Below, piece by piece: positions 29,893 to 45,450 of a stretch of 64,000 nucleotides of DNA. Every line of letters starts with the position of its first letter. Position 1 is the stretch's first letter. Under the pieces are notes generated by a model. The model saw only the letters and a program-made list of their open reading frames with translations, was not told where the DNA came from and did no database searches. Source of the DNA: Eledone cirrhosa (taxonomy: Eukaryota); contig OZ024747.1 in the NCBI GenBank assembly GCA_964016885.1, forward strand, positions 58,218,001 through 58,282,000, written 5' to 3'. The position numbers and the translations under genes are program-made.

Positions 29893-30202
29893 CTTACGGT
29901 AAATATTGAAGAAATGTAATTCAAGCACTCTACGCACTTTTTCCACATAGGAGTGACAGAGTATATTTAGAATAAGAAAATGCGAAGTAGTTTCAGGTGT
30001 TAAAGTCCTTTATTGATAATGCTGTGATCAATATTTCAATGACGACGGTGGCCACACAATTCCGTGTACCCAGTGCCATGACATCATCAGACAGCTTCTT
30101 ACATGATAAGGTTATGTTCCTGAGGCAATCCAAATTGAATCGACAAGGGAACGGACAAAGCAGGTGTTCTTGAATCCTTCACCGGTTCCCTTGTGAGTCC
30201 CA

Positions 30203-30203
<1 letters not shown>
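29893..30203 (-). mobile_element. Family G HHR repeat, diverged solo copy (HHR 30021-30095)
   Basis: Homologous to the direct repeats at 47761-48050 and 49045-49334. Minus strand: gctgt-CTGATGA-...-GAAA-tattga-TC-acagc. Confidence 0.78.
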
Positions 30204-30240
<37 letters not shown>

Positions 30241-30596
30241 TTGCAGAAAAAACACCCTTCAGGCGCTTTTTTGTAGCGTGTAGTGTGCCTATTGATATTA
30301 TACGCAAATATATATGCATGTAGATATGATACGTCAAATGAAATGTAAATTGACAATATTCACAGAAATATGCACAGAAATATGCAAAGAAAGACTATGT
30401 TATACTCTCTCCTGTAACCAGTAAAGTAACCCATGATACAATTAAAAGAGACATTATTATATATAAACTGCATTACGCCGAAAGGTTATGAAAACAGAAC
30501 AGGAGAAAATGAGATTAGCGACGGAAATCTAAACGTGATGATAGAACGATTGAGCTGTGTAAACGTTATGATATAACCATGCAAATATAAGAACGT

Positions 30597-30918
30597 GTAT
30601 ATAAGTGATGTCATATAGCGTACGGCGATGCGTTTATATAAGTGATTTGATATAGCGTACGGCGATGCGTTTATATAAGTGATGTCATATAGCGTACGGC
30701 GATGCGTTTATATAAGTGATGTCATATAGTGTACGGCGATGCGTTTATATAAGTGATTTCATATAGCGTACGGCGATGCGTTTATATAAGTGATGTCATA
30801 TAGCGTACGGCGATGCGTTTATATAAGTGATGTCATATAGCGTACGGCGATGCGTTTATATAAGTGATGTCATATAGTGTACGGCGATGCGTTTATATAA
30901 GTGATGTCATATAGCGTA
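30597..30918. repeat. 37-bp tandem minisatellite, ~8.5 copies
   Basis: Unit gtgatgtcatatagcgtacggcgatgcgtttatataa starts at 30605, 30642, 30679 and so on up to 30901. Confidence 0.95.
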
Positions 30919-31045
30919 ACGGACGCTAACAGAAGCTGCCATTTGAAAATATTAAAAGAAGTGAATCTTGAAATAAGCAATACATTTTATATATAAGATT
31001 ATTTATGTTTAATCAAGAGCTACGGAATTTAATTAGATAAATTAT

Positions 31046-31495
31046 ATAATTGTTTCTACTTTTGGCACAAGGCCAGCAAAATCCCCAGTGTATTACTGGT
31101 ACTTTATTTTATCGACCCCGTAAGGATGAAAGGCAAAGTTAACCTCGGCGGGATTTGAACTCAGAATAGCAATGGCCGTAACTCTATGCGTCAAAGCATG
31201 GCGTCCGACCCTCTACCGATACTGCCAATCATTCATCATTTATTCAAAGAAATCCAATTTATTTTAAAAACGTAAAATAAAATATGAACAGGACGTAATC
31301 ACGCAGTTCCCCAATCATTATATATGGGATATACTATAATAAGGTTAAATCTACACATATATAATTCTTTCTACTTTAGGCACAAGGCCAGCAAATACCC
31401 AGTACATTACTGGTACTTTATTGTATCGACCCCGTAAGGATGAAAGGCAAAGTTAACCTTGGAGGGATTCGAACTCAGACTGTAAAGTGACGTAA
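31046..31495 (-). mobile_element. Two family-1 SINEs (31046-31230 and 31362-31495)
   Basis: Match the consensus. Confidence 0.88.
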
Positions 31496-31926
31496 CACAT
31501 ATATAATGCATATTGATTAAGTTACTCAACAAAGGAAGCTCAAAGAACAATTATTAAGAAGAATTATACAAATTCAAACGATATACAAAGAAATTCACAT
31601 TCATATATCAAATTGGGAAACAACTAGTATCATATACATATATATAATGATAATAATAAATATGCTCACTCATAAAAAGAATCTACTCAATATTATCTAA
31701 ATAAGCTGCATGCAATTTTGAGTTGATTTATCATTATTATCATATATGTGCATGTGATATTACTTATTTCTCAAATAGATATCAGAAAGACAATTTTTTG
31801 TATATCGTTTGAATTTGTATGTAGGAAAAATAGGCTCTGAAAACTGCAATGCCTGACCTTTAGGTTATTTAGACGGTTTCTGTATTAATGTGCCAAGTTA
31901 TTTGATGATTATTTATATATACTTAT

Positions 31927-32045
<119 letters not shown>

Positions 32046-33333
32046 GCGTGCCTGGGTGTGGGTGTGCATGTGTGTGTATAATGTATTAAAATTCTATTGT
32101 CAGTATAAGGCCTATCTAAACCTGATCGTGATGCAGAAATGTTCTAAGCAATAAGAGAAACATGCAGTAAATATCAAAGGTTTTATAATAATGCAATCTA
32201 GTCGCCATGTTGCTCTCATTATATTATCTATGCGCGCAATGTGCAATGGACTGGCGATAAAATCCTAAAATGGATCAATTGAACAAGAGGAAATATAACA
32301 TAACCATACAATATTCCATTAACTTCATTGATCAGTGTGTTAGATGCTCTTACAGATTTATTCTTAATATTTGGTAATGTTAAAATCGATCACTATATGT
32401 AATATATTATTATGTAAAAATCTGTTTTTAAATTCCGGCAATAATTTCAGGAATGGAAATGAGATGCCGATATCATTTTGTTTTCTGATGTTTTCCATAT
32501 ACGTTTTCAAAATAATTTTGTTTTCTTTTTCTTTGTGGTCGGGTTAAAGCAATTTATGTTTTGTTTGGGTTTCAACGTTGTCAAATAGCGAGTCAGATAT
32601 TACTTTGAAGAAAGCAAAGGATTGTTTATCACTTTCAGAATGTAGAAGATATAATATAAGCTGCACAAAATGATTTTCAAATCCTGTTTCAAACAGATAT
32701 TGACTGGGATTATCTAAATAACACGCACTATTTTACGAAACATTAATGCCGTTACCTCAATTTCAACCTGAATACAATGTATAATGCAACAGCTCAAACG
32801 TTTCATCTTACTTCTAAATATGATAAATGTTGTTCATGTAGAGTTACGTAGATAATTTACACATTCTTTCTGTACAGTTTGTACAGTTATAAAAGTATTA
32901 AATTTGAATTCCTAACAAGACTACAAAATCAGACCATTGAAGATGTAGGCAGTAATATGCGATGTATAAAGCTCAGCAAATCAACACAGGAACAACGAAA
33001 GACTCTTTAAACTGGAATTAACCGCATCTGAAAACTACATCCTGTCGTAAAGTTAAATTGTATAGACTTATGTAAAGATTATTAACTATGAGAGACTTAA
33101 ATGAAATACTGGAATATATATTCATACATGAAGAGTCGAATATTTTTGTACTGGCACGGTTATCTATATAATATATATTTATATTTCGTGCAATCTGTGA
33201 GAGACACCGGAAATATGATGGCCATATCGGAGAAAGAAGAAAGCTGGGAGAAATCAACAAAATCCGAGCAAAAATGTAATAATAACAGTTGCAAACATGT
33301 TTAGAGTAGTTATAGATAATAATACGACGAGTA

Positions 33334-36300
33334 CTTATGCTATAGACTGCTTTACTAGTCTTACACTTTATCCGGGGGTTTTCTTTACATATAATACATT
33401 TCCTATTAGTACAGTGGGTTTTCTTAAAAGGGTAGGTTTTGCTGATCAGGGACTTTATGGTGGTTCCTGGCTTTTCTACCACCTTAATCTTTAAGTGGGT
33501 CTTTCTCATGGCCTTTCTACACTGGCTAGCTAATTTCTCTCCAGAGGTAGCGTCCACAAACATGACACTCTGGTATCTCTGGTTGTCGTACTTTGAGGTG
33601 GCTTTCCCTATCTTATGTCTAGTCCTATCTAAGCTATTCCATGATTTGCTCCTGTATAATGGGCAAATTCCTTTCATGTCCAGTTCTATGAGGGTCTTAT
33701 ACTTCTCCGTGTCTCCTTCGTATACTCTGATTCTGTCTCTTTGGTTGTTGCCAGACAACTCCATGTGGTTGATGAAGTGTTGGATGTCTCTTTCCATTTC
33801 TGTTGGGTCGCACATGCGGGACACGTTCTTCATCACTCGTACCAAGTCTGCGATCAGAATATTAAACTTATCACTACTGGAAATTGCTGAGTTTTTGAGT
33901 ATCAGGTATTTGGAGGTCATGGATTTAGTGTAGTGTGAGTGGAGAATTTAGGCTCTCTTGTCTATAGTGTTAGTTCAGAGTTCCGTGTCTAATACAGGTA
34001 GTCTATTTTTAGGGTGTTTGGAAGGGTAGTTAATAGATACAGTTATACTCTGGTGTATGGAATTAGCTATCTGCTGAATGATTTCCATTGTGCTACGTTC
34101 TAAATCAAACTTGTTAGTACTCTCTTGTGGGGATGTCCTTATTACTATATTGATGTCGTCTACGTAACGAGAGTACATGATGAGGTCTATGGAGTTCTCA
34201 TCAAGGAGATCTTTGAGTCTCCTTTCCCATCATATCATAAAAAGGTTGGCAATGTCACCAGCTATGCTGACGCCAATGGCTGCTCCCTCATTTTGGGTGT
34301 AGATCTTTTCGTTGAATTTGAATATGTGGCCCTTTAGGGTAGTTTTGATACTAGCCCCTATTGCATGTGCGACCATTTTTCTTACCTGATCATTGTTTTG
34401 GGGGGCCCGTATAACTTTGGTCCACCCAATCCACCTTCCCATGGGAGTCTGTTTTGCCACGAGGTTATGGTGGGGGGTCTACCTCTTATGGGTCCACTGG
34501 GGCAGAAACGCCTTAGGTCATGACTGTCTAGGTAGTCAGTGTCATAGTTAAGTCTAAGTAGGAGACCCAGTTCGTCTGTGTCGACGTCGCAGAACACCAC
34601 CTCACTCTCAATGATGATCTCCACACATTTTTCCACAGCAAAATGAATGTTAATGGATGGGTACAGTGATACCACATCCATACTGTCTATTATGCAGTTG
34701 GATAGGTTTTTGTTTTTGTTGCACTCACTGATTTTGCTGAGGAGGTCATCTGTACTGTCACATACATCTGGGGACATCTTGATTATGGGGCGTATAACCA
34801 TTGAGAAGAAGTAGGAGATCCTGTAGTTGCTAGCTATATTGGCTCCGCATACAGGTCTTGTTGGTGGTCCTGTTGTCGGGTCGTCGACTGTCTTATGGTC
34901 TTTGCGGAGCCCATACAAGGATGGTATGCCATTGTTAGACGCCTGGAAGTTGTTGGAAGTGCGTCTGCTTGGCTTTAGGATGTCGGTCCACATTATCATG
35001 TGAGCGTTGAGGATTTTCTCTCTCCCCTCATGTATTTCCTGTGCAATTTCGCTCGTGTTATTAAATAAAACACAAACTAAACAACTAAAACACACGATAA
35101 CAGTTAATATGAAAAGAACAACATAGTGATGAAGAACGTGTCCCGCATGTGCGACCCAACAGAAATGGAAAGACACATCCAACACTTCATCAACCGCATG
35201 CAGTTGTCTGGCTACAACCAAAGAGACAGAATCAGAGTATATGAAGGAGCCACAGAGAAGTATAAGACCCTCATAGAACTGGACATGAAAGGAATTTACC
35301 CATTATACAGGAGCAAATCATGGAATAGCTTAGATAGGACTAGACATAAGATAGGGAAAGCCAGCTCATGGTACGTCATGTTTGTGGGCGCTACCCCTGG
35401 AGGGAAATTAGCTAACCAGTGTAGAAAGGCCCTGAGAAAGACCCACATAAAGATTAAGGTGGTAGAAAAGCCAGGAACCACCATAAAATCCCTGATCAGC
35501 GAAATCTACCCTTTTAAGAAAACCCACTGTACTAATAGGAAATGTATTATATGTAAAGTAAACCCCCGGATAAACTGTAAGACTAGAAACATAGTCTATA
35601 GCATAAGATTTACAGAGGGTACTTTCAGAAACATGACAACAACATACATAGGCGAGACAGTTCGTAGCATAGGTGAAAGGATAGACCAACACTGAGGGGA
35701 ACTAAAAGGACGAAAAAACGGTTCAGTACTATACGAACATGCAAGACAACAATACGACGGTAACATAGACAACATAGAAATTAAAATAATATCTAAACAT
35801 AGAAATGACCCACCAGATAGGCAAATCAGAGAGGCCAGCGAAATAGAACTTAGAAGGCCAAGGCTAAACAGAAAAAATGAATGGAATAACAACAACACCC
35901 AAACAAACAATACTGACTTAAGAGAAGTATAAATTTTAAAAAAATAATAAATAAATACATACACAAGCACAATAACAACAAACACATATAAACACACACT
36001 AGTAAACTAAGATAGAATACAATAACCAATACACAGTCACCCAAACACAATACACACAAGCAAACGCATGCGCAGAGAAGAAGGCAAAAACAAAAATAAA
36101 TAAATAAACAGACGAAATAAAGATGGCGTAGGCATACAATACAACAGGAGGAAACATAATAGCACCACTGACGATGTTGCAGATGTGCAACGAAAGAACT
36201 TTGTTAGACTATATATATGTGTTTGTGTCTATATTATATCTGTAATTTTGACCGTTGGTCAGTCAATGGTAACAGTGAAGACCGAATAAATTAAATTAAC

Positions 36301-36408
36301 CAATATTTAAGAACCAGAAGCGAAAACCAACCAAAGAGTGAGTGTTTTCTCTCATTAATTCTGGCAATATTATTACACAAATATGACCCTCCCCCAGGTA
36401 TAACTATA
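33334..36408. mobile_element. Penelope-like element with divergent inverted arms (RT on minus 33334-35058; EN plus 3' UTR on plus 35126-36408)
   Basis: Minus arm: LYGLRKDHK, PTRPVC, MDVVSLYPSI, GAAIG, RYVDD, LPVLD. Plus arm: YIGETVRSIGER, RQIREA, LNRKNEW. 33334-33837 is the inverse of 35125-35607. Its 3' end atgaccctccc..gtataac matches that of the 12371 element. Confidence 0.9.
36164..36205 (+). ncRNA. Hammerhead-like core in the PLE 3' UTR
   Basis: CTGACGA-T-GTTGCA-gatg-TGCAAC-GAAA-GAAC-TT. Same relative position as the motif at 14504; helix I weak. Confidence 0.5.
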
Positions 36409-36461
<53 letters not shown>

Positions 36462-36469
<8 letters not shown>

Positions 36470-36781
36470 AGATCAAAAGATGGTTAAAGGAGTTCCATAT
36501 ATTTTATTATGCGCATTTCAAAAACAAACATCATCAAACAATAATATTTGTGTTTTCATCAGATAAAACAGGAGAACATGATATGAAGGCTAAAAAACAC
36601 TTGTTGATAGTGCAGTTTTAAATCAACATACACTATCAACAAGTGTTTTTTAGCCTTCATATCATGTTCTCCTGTTTTATCTGATGAAAACACAAATATT
36701 ATTGTTTGATGATGTTTGTTTTTGAAATGCGCATAATAAAATATATGGAACTCCTTTAACCATCTTTTGATCTTATATTAT
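36462..36781. repeat. Perfect palindrome (151-bp arms, 18-bp spacer), family D
   Basis: 36462-36612 is the reverse complement of 36631-36781, with no mismatch seen. Confidence 0.95.
36673..36743 (+). ncRNA. Type-I hammerhead ribozyme motif (mirror copy at 36500-36570, minus strand)
   Basis: TGTTTTAT-CTGATGA-[long helix II, acaaatattatt/gatgatgtttgt]-GAAA-TGCGCA-TA-ATAAAATA. Helix I is 8 bp; helix III is palindromic. Confidence 0.8.
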
Positions 36782-36864
36782 GCATACTCCAGTCCCACAA
36801 ACTGTAGAGTGCTTCTTATCCGATATCTGCATTGCTTTATTGTACTACAATAAAACTCACCTCC

Positions 36865-38680
<1,816 letters not shown>

Positions 38681-41454
38681 GATACTTTGAACTAACTTTA
38701 CGATGTGTGTTACCGCCATTTTGAATCCTTTTATCTTGTCATGCATTCTAATCGATGCGTTTATGGCCGGATTTAGTCCATTATATATTGCAAATACTTG
38801 TGAATATATATTTGAATGTATACATACATGGGCGAAAAATGTATATGTAATGTAAATTGTTTGCGCATGGCGAAATGCACACATGCATATATATATTACA
38901 TACACATGCGTAGTCATACAAACTTATGCGCACACATGCATAAACACAAACATATACATGCAATAATAACCGCATAACTTCACACAAACACTTCCTTTAA
39001 TGACCCACAGACCCATCCCCTTCAAAAATATTTGTTGTTTAGTTAAATTGTTTTTTCGTTGAAACCCATGCATGCTGATTTTGAACCGCATTAGTTTGGC
39101 CGAACAAATGTGGTCGAAAATCAGCATGCGGAAATTTTTATGTAAAAACAATTTAACATAGTAACAAACGTTCGAAGATCCAAATTGGAGAAAGCAGGCT
39201 TTGCTAAAATCTATGTTTTATACATATTATACAGAGCTTTTTTTAGATTATATACTAGATGTGTTTTTCAAACCCCCTTTTTCATCATTTCCTATGTAGA
39301 AAGTGATCTGTATAGAACGTGTTTCTAATGCCCACAAGTTTTTTTCACTATATATATATACTAAAGCCACGTCGCATTTCATATCTTATGGAAATTGTGA
39401 TGTGAGTAACAGTCATTACACCAGAATTGACCGTGCAACATTACCATAGTCTACTAATAAATAAAAGTCTTATAAAAGTCTTATTAAATACAGACCTATG
39501 AATGCCGCTAGAAATCTAGACGTATACGCCATAGTTTTACGTAGGCGTCTGCTTTATCTATTTACGGACATCACCACAACATGAATGGCTGGAGGGCGGA
39601 CGTCCACTGGCTTTGATGACGAGTGTCTGATTAACGGGACAAATTCTATGTAAGATGTACAATCATATAGCTTAGGCTTGCAGAGACACGTGAAACTTTC
39701 ACATATCTCTCAGCGGGATTCATCATTACAATATGTATGGCAATTTTTGACACCATCAATTAGAGGCGCAATAGATCTGTCAGGATTCCAATCATCTTCC
39801 CTTTACTCAATTTAACTGACAAAGTACAAGTCGGAAATATAGTAAATAAAACATACCCATCATGCTTGCGGGAGGTATTGAAACCGTGTCCTAGGTATTA
39901 CAACGAACTGAATATTTTAACTATGATACGTATTTGCCACTTGTAGGGACTCTATTATTATCTAGAGTTTGTTTAAGCAATATATTTTCAAGGTTTGTTT
40001 TTAAACATTTCAAAGATATTTTCGCATTTTTGACAAAATGAAGATAGTCAGACATATTGCAAGATGGCAGCTTTTCAACTGGAAATTGGTCGCCATATTT
40101 TTGATAGCAGCAACGTAATCAAAGTGGTTTCATATTTAATGTCATAAGTTACATGGCAATGTTCGTGTTTTTCTTAGGAGATATTTTATAATAAACATGA
40201 CTCTAACCATATATTAGAAACCTGCAAAGGAAATAAAATATAATATACAGTAAAGAATATGTATTAGATTAAACATAGATTTCTTGCAGAACATCGGTGT
40301 TATATCAAGTAGTAAAACACTTTAAATGCCATACATAAGATTACATCAAATACATAATTATAATTTGAATGGAAATCTGAAAAATAATTATAAGACTGGA
40401 TATAAAATACCAAAGTACAGCCTTAAAGATGATTTGCCATAGTATATAATGATTGCTTATATATAACATAACTGAAATATGTATTCAACCTAAAGCGAAT
40501 GTTCTCGAATATGCTGCAGTATTGTGGAATGCAATACGTTGTTGATCCATATATATGTTACCGACATTCCACCAGATGAAAATATTTAGTTATTTTTTTT
40601 ACTCGAGCAGCTGCGTTTCTCCTCTAATACCCAAATCCATTCTAGCTATTAAAAGAAAGCGCGAAGTGTATTAATCCTCGGAAGTGTGTAACGGTGAGGG
40701 CCATTGCATTTTCCCTTTCACAAAACCAGTAAAATAATTGCTGATTTAAATGCTAGCTATAGATTCTAAATATTAGCATATGAAGGCATTAAGCGCAGTT
40801 CAAAAATATAATGAGATACAGTACTGTGACTGAGTGCTGCTTGTTATTAATAACATCTAAATAACATAAATGAAATCAATTCATGGTATGATGGAAGAAA
40901 TTCATCTACCAACGAACACGTGCCACCCACCTAACATTAATACTTAACTCTACAGTTAAATCTTAGATTTCACCTCGCCAACAAATCGGTATCACAAAAG
41001 GATACCAGTGAAACCCTAAGTAGAGGCAATGTTGCTCTATGGATGAATATGGTAATTAAGTTTCAAATAGGTGTTTAGCTGAAGGTATATTAAATGTCCG
41101 CCTCTTTCAAATGAAAATGGCTCATCTACGACTGAGCATGCCATCCACTATCAGAGACAAAAGGATGCAAGAATATATAGCAGAAGTAGAAGTAATATAT
41201 ATGTGAACGCCGCAAGAAACTTTCAATCATGAATAGGAAAAATATAAATTAAGTGTAATAAATTAAAGGTGAAATCAATATATATTGCCAACTAAAATGA
41301 CAGAATTAGCAAAAGAGAAGACATAAGCTTAATAGTTGTTAGTACTATTGGCACAAGGCCAGCAATCACCCAGTACATTACAGGTACTTTATTTTATCGA
41401 CCCTGTAAGGATGAAAGAATTGAATTGTATCTTACATGCATAGACACAGATAGA

Positions 41455-41491
<37 letters not shown>

Positions 41492-42001
41492 TATATGTAC
41501 GTACGTATGTATGTATGAATGTATGTAGGTATATATATATATATATAAAGGGCAAAGGAGCTCTTAAGAGTCAATGGCCATCCAAAATCACCGGGAGAGA
41601 TGACCCCTTAGCCTTTGTCAAGGCAGAATTCTAGGAGAAGGAAAACTCTGATATAACACCTGCAACCCTGATGGTATCCAATGATGTTGACTTGTTCTTC
41701 TTTTTGGTAAATATCATCTTGGTTAAGAGAGTGGGACTGGCTTTGTGCAGTGCCTTTGCTCACTATAAAAGCTTCACGGCACAGGCATTGCTTTATATCT
41801 GGAGATCTCTCTGCACTTGTCGTCACATGGTACCCTGGGCTCAGCATTATGTGTCAATAATTGTCACAAGTGTAATCTTTGTACCAGAGTTTTCAAGTCG
41901 CTGGCTGGACTAAAAAGTCACACTCGTTCAGCGCTTCGGTAGGAGTTCTACTACATGGATATAAAGTAGTGGCCGTACTCGAAAACGAGTTGGCAGCCAC
42001 C

Positions 42002-42040
<39 letters not shown>

Positions 42041-42412
42041 AACAAAGATTAGAAAATCTTTGAAAAAGCGTTGTCTGACATCTGACATTCTTGAAATATA
42101 CTTGCAATTCTATGAAATATTCAGAAATAAAAACATGTTTTTTTTCGTTCAGTCATCCTTCGTTTCGTTACAGAGAAATATATTCCTCCGGCAGCGATGC
42201 TACACATATTTCTATTGTATATTATATACATACATACAGACACTATATATATATTTTTTTTTTTTTAGTATATGTTGGTTGTTCACAGACACCACAGTAT
42301 GCAGGTTGGAGCACTCGACGAAGTGCGCAGATTGGTTTGATTACTCCGGTGTAATGTAAAATAAAATAAATAAGTCAAATATTTAAAATTTGGCTTCGTT
42401 TATTAAAGATGT

Positions 42413-42467
42413 ACTGCTATATATATTTCGGTGACAGCCATCATTGGCTGTGACATCTTCAGGCAGT
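42413..42467 (-). ncRNA. Type-I hammerhead ribozyme motif (family H)
   Basis: Minus strand: ACTGC-CTGAAGA-tgtcACAGCCA-atga-TGGCTGTcacc-GAAA-TATATA-TA-GCAGT. Confidence 0.78.
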
Positions 42468-43996
42468 TCGAATTGGTGTGGTAGAAACCGGTCGACATGT
42501 TGTTGAGGTGTTTAACTTCGTCAATACTCCGATATGTCCAGCTCCTGGTTGGGTTGTTATTTCTCTGAAGAATTGGAATCATATGAATTCGAACAAACGA
42601 ATTTCAGCGTCAAAGGACACCCTCTCTTCCCATTGGTCAGTTGTGAGAACATTCCTCAGTCAAAATCTATTGAAATTCTTTCCGAGGCGAGGCAATCTGT
42701 AGTGATTGTTTTTATTATTATTAAGTACAAGTGACCTCCTCCTTTATGTTTGTAGTGGCGTTAGTGTTGGGGTCAGCCTAAGTCCGGCAGCTGCTATTTT
42801 TAGAATAATTTGTGTGTGTGTGTTGGCTTCTATCCTGCCACCATTTCTCGTGGTGGTGGTGGTGGTGGTGGGGGGGGGGGGGGATTGTGTCAAGCAGATG
42901 AAGAAAAGAGATAAAATAAAGTAAAATGGGGAAATAAAAGGCAATACATTTTGGCATAGAGCTCATATGCGTGTATGTCAACTCACATCGTTCCAAGCAC
43001 ACACTTACAGGCACAGGCCCAGGTGCATCCCCTAAGCACACACACACAGCCCCCACACACACACATACACACACACACACATTATAAGCCCCCCCCCCAC
43101 ACACACACACACACATGAGCACACTTACACACATGTACACACACGTACACACACACACATGAACACGCACACACACCCAGCCGCACACATACATGTAAGT
43201 ATCTGTGCATGTACAATCTTAAATAACAGTATCTACGTATGGTCATATGCATGAGTATGTGTTGTCACAGGAGTCTATCGAGGCAGGGGTATGGTGGGGC
43301 TGCTGTCCTTATACGTAGAGGGAAATTCCCATCGCAACCTTTTGTTATTGTCAATCCGAGTAGAAATGTGGATTTGCATAGACATTGCCGAAACTGAGGA
43401 CACACCCACACACACAGACAATTTCAGTTTTATTAATATGTATAGAAGATAATAACTCTGGTTGAGAGCTTCTTCTTCGCTATGTTGAACCGGATCGATT
43501 CCTTTGCTCACACTTTGAATTTGGCCTCCAAAAAACACGGATGTTCTTTCCTCTACTGGAGAATGAACACGTGACAGCGACGTAGTAATATACTGCTACG
43601 TATCACAACGGTTTTAGGCACAGAACGGAGACCTGTTGATAACGTGAGTCCCCGTTTCGCTCTACAAATACCACAATCTTGCATATTGCGCAAGTCGAAT
43701 TGTTCATTTTGGATTCATGGTAACCAATCGAGGATATTGTATAATACGCTTCGAAACGCTCCAGGTTTGTTATTTAACCTAATTTTGTTTTCGTATTTAT
43801 GGTGGCTTCTGGGGCTTTTGTCCCCTTAACCACAATTTTCAATTTGTCACGCTATTTAACGTATGCTTATTACTCTAAGGTGTAACCTATTGATTTATTG
43901 ATACACTCTTCTTGAGTGTTTCGTGCATACGCCGAATTGCCCTTTCGCAGATGTTGGCCGCCTGCAACAGCTTCAATTTTATTAACCTTCCACTCG

Positions 43997-44027
<31 letters not shown>

Positions 44028-44502
44028 TGGGGGGTGCGCGTGTGTGTTTGCGTGTGTGTGTGTATATATGCATGTATGTATATGTAATATAGAGGCTTAT
44101 GTGAAATCATATACAATATGTTTATGTACAATTATCATATAGATGTGTTTTTACGGGGCATCATTTAATTATGAATCTATGACAGCCATTTCAATAGCCG
44201 TGAGAATGCGAAACACTAATGTTTCAGTATTTTTATCCAATATCAGTGGGGTTTTCATGGCATTCATTGCTTTCATTGTGGTTACGCCTAGAAAGTATCC
44301 TAGCCTCTTGTACATTTTTTGCAATGAAGGTATTTTGTAGCTTTCTCAACCAGACCATTTTGTTCGTGGTGTCATCATGCAAGAAATCCTAGCCATGGCA
44401 ATACATTTGGAAGATAAATGCACAAACAATTATTATGCTCGTGATTTCTCGACATCTGAGACCATAATTAGCCGCTGGATCAACTATTAATATTGTACAT
44501 GC

Positions 44503-44690
44503 CGGTGGATTGGCAGTAACAGTAAAGCAACAGACAGCATGCTTTTCTGTATAGAGTTATGGCCCTTTACCTTCTGAGTTAAAATCCCACATAGTTTAAA
44601 TTTGACTTTTGTGTTTACAGGAGCGATAAAATAAAGCACCAGTAATGTACTGGGCTAATTGGTGGCCTTGTTCCAAAAGTAGAAAGCAAT
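44503..44690 (+). mobile_element. tRNA-derived SINE, family 1 (diverged)
   Basis: Matches the consensus. Confidence 0.75.
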
Positions 44691-44913
44691 ATTATACAAG
44701 CAGGTGGAGCTATGCATCTTGGGTGATAGATGAGTTGGATTATGCCTGATCCAGCAACTGATAGACAGATGTTGCTTTTCGCCTCCCCTGCATACTGCCT
44801 CACATAGGGAGGGAAAAGACACAGCTCTTCACTTCAGTAACTATATTATACACTTTAGTCCGTTACGGTAACGCTGGATCTGACAATTCGTCTTAGCAAC
44901 AGTTTTATACACA

Positions 44914-44987
<74 letters not shown>

Positions 44988-45051
44988 CATGAGTGTCGTT
45001 GTGTGTATGTGTCTATATTTATACGTAGCTACTTACTTAGACTTATGTGTC

Positions 45052-45054
<3 letters not shown>

Positions 45055-45112
<58 letters not shown>

Positions 45113-45129
45113 ACACATACATATATATA

Positions 45130-45191
<62 letters not shown>

Positions 45192-45268
45192 ATATATATA
45201 TATATGTATATATATGTATATATATATATATATGTATATATATATGTATATATATATCTATGTATATA

Positions 45269-45317
<49 letters not shown>

Positions 45318-45377
45318 GTATACACATACATATATATATACATATAATATATATATATATATATACACATACATATA

Positions 45378-45442
<65 letters not shown>

Positions 45443-45450
45443 CATACATA
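45055..45450. repeat. Interrupted (TA)n microsatellite
   Basis: Directly visible. Confidence 0.97.

Noticed and set aside
30597-30918. CRISPR-like 37-bp repeats
   Set aside because: The units are contiguous with no unique spacers, the context is eukaryotic, and there are no cas genes.
34382-35221. 279-aa ORF as an intact gene
   Set aside because: It is a chimera: antisense of the plus arm and the linker fused to the truncated PLE RT, which frameshifts at ~34450.
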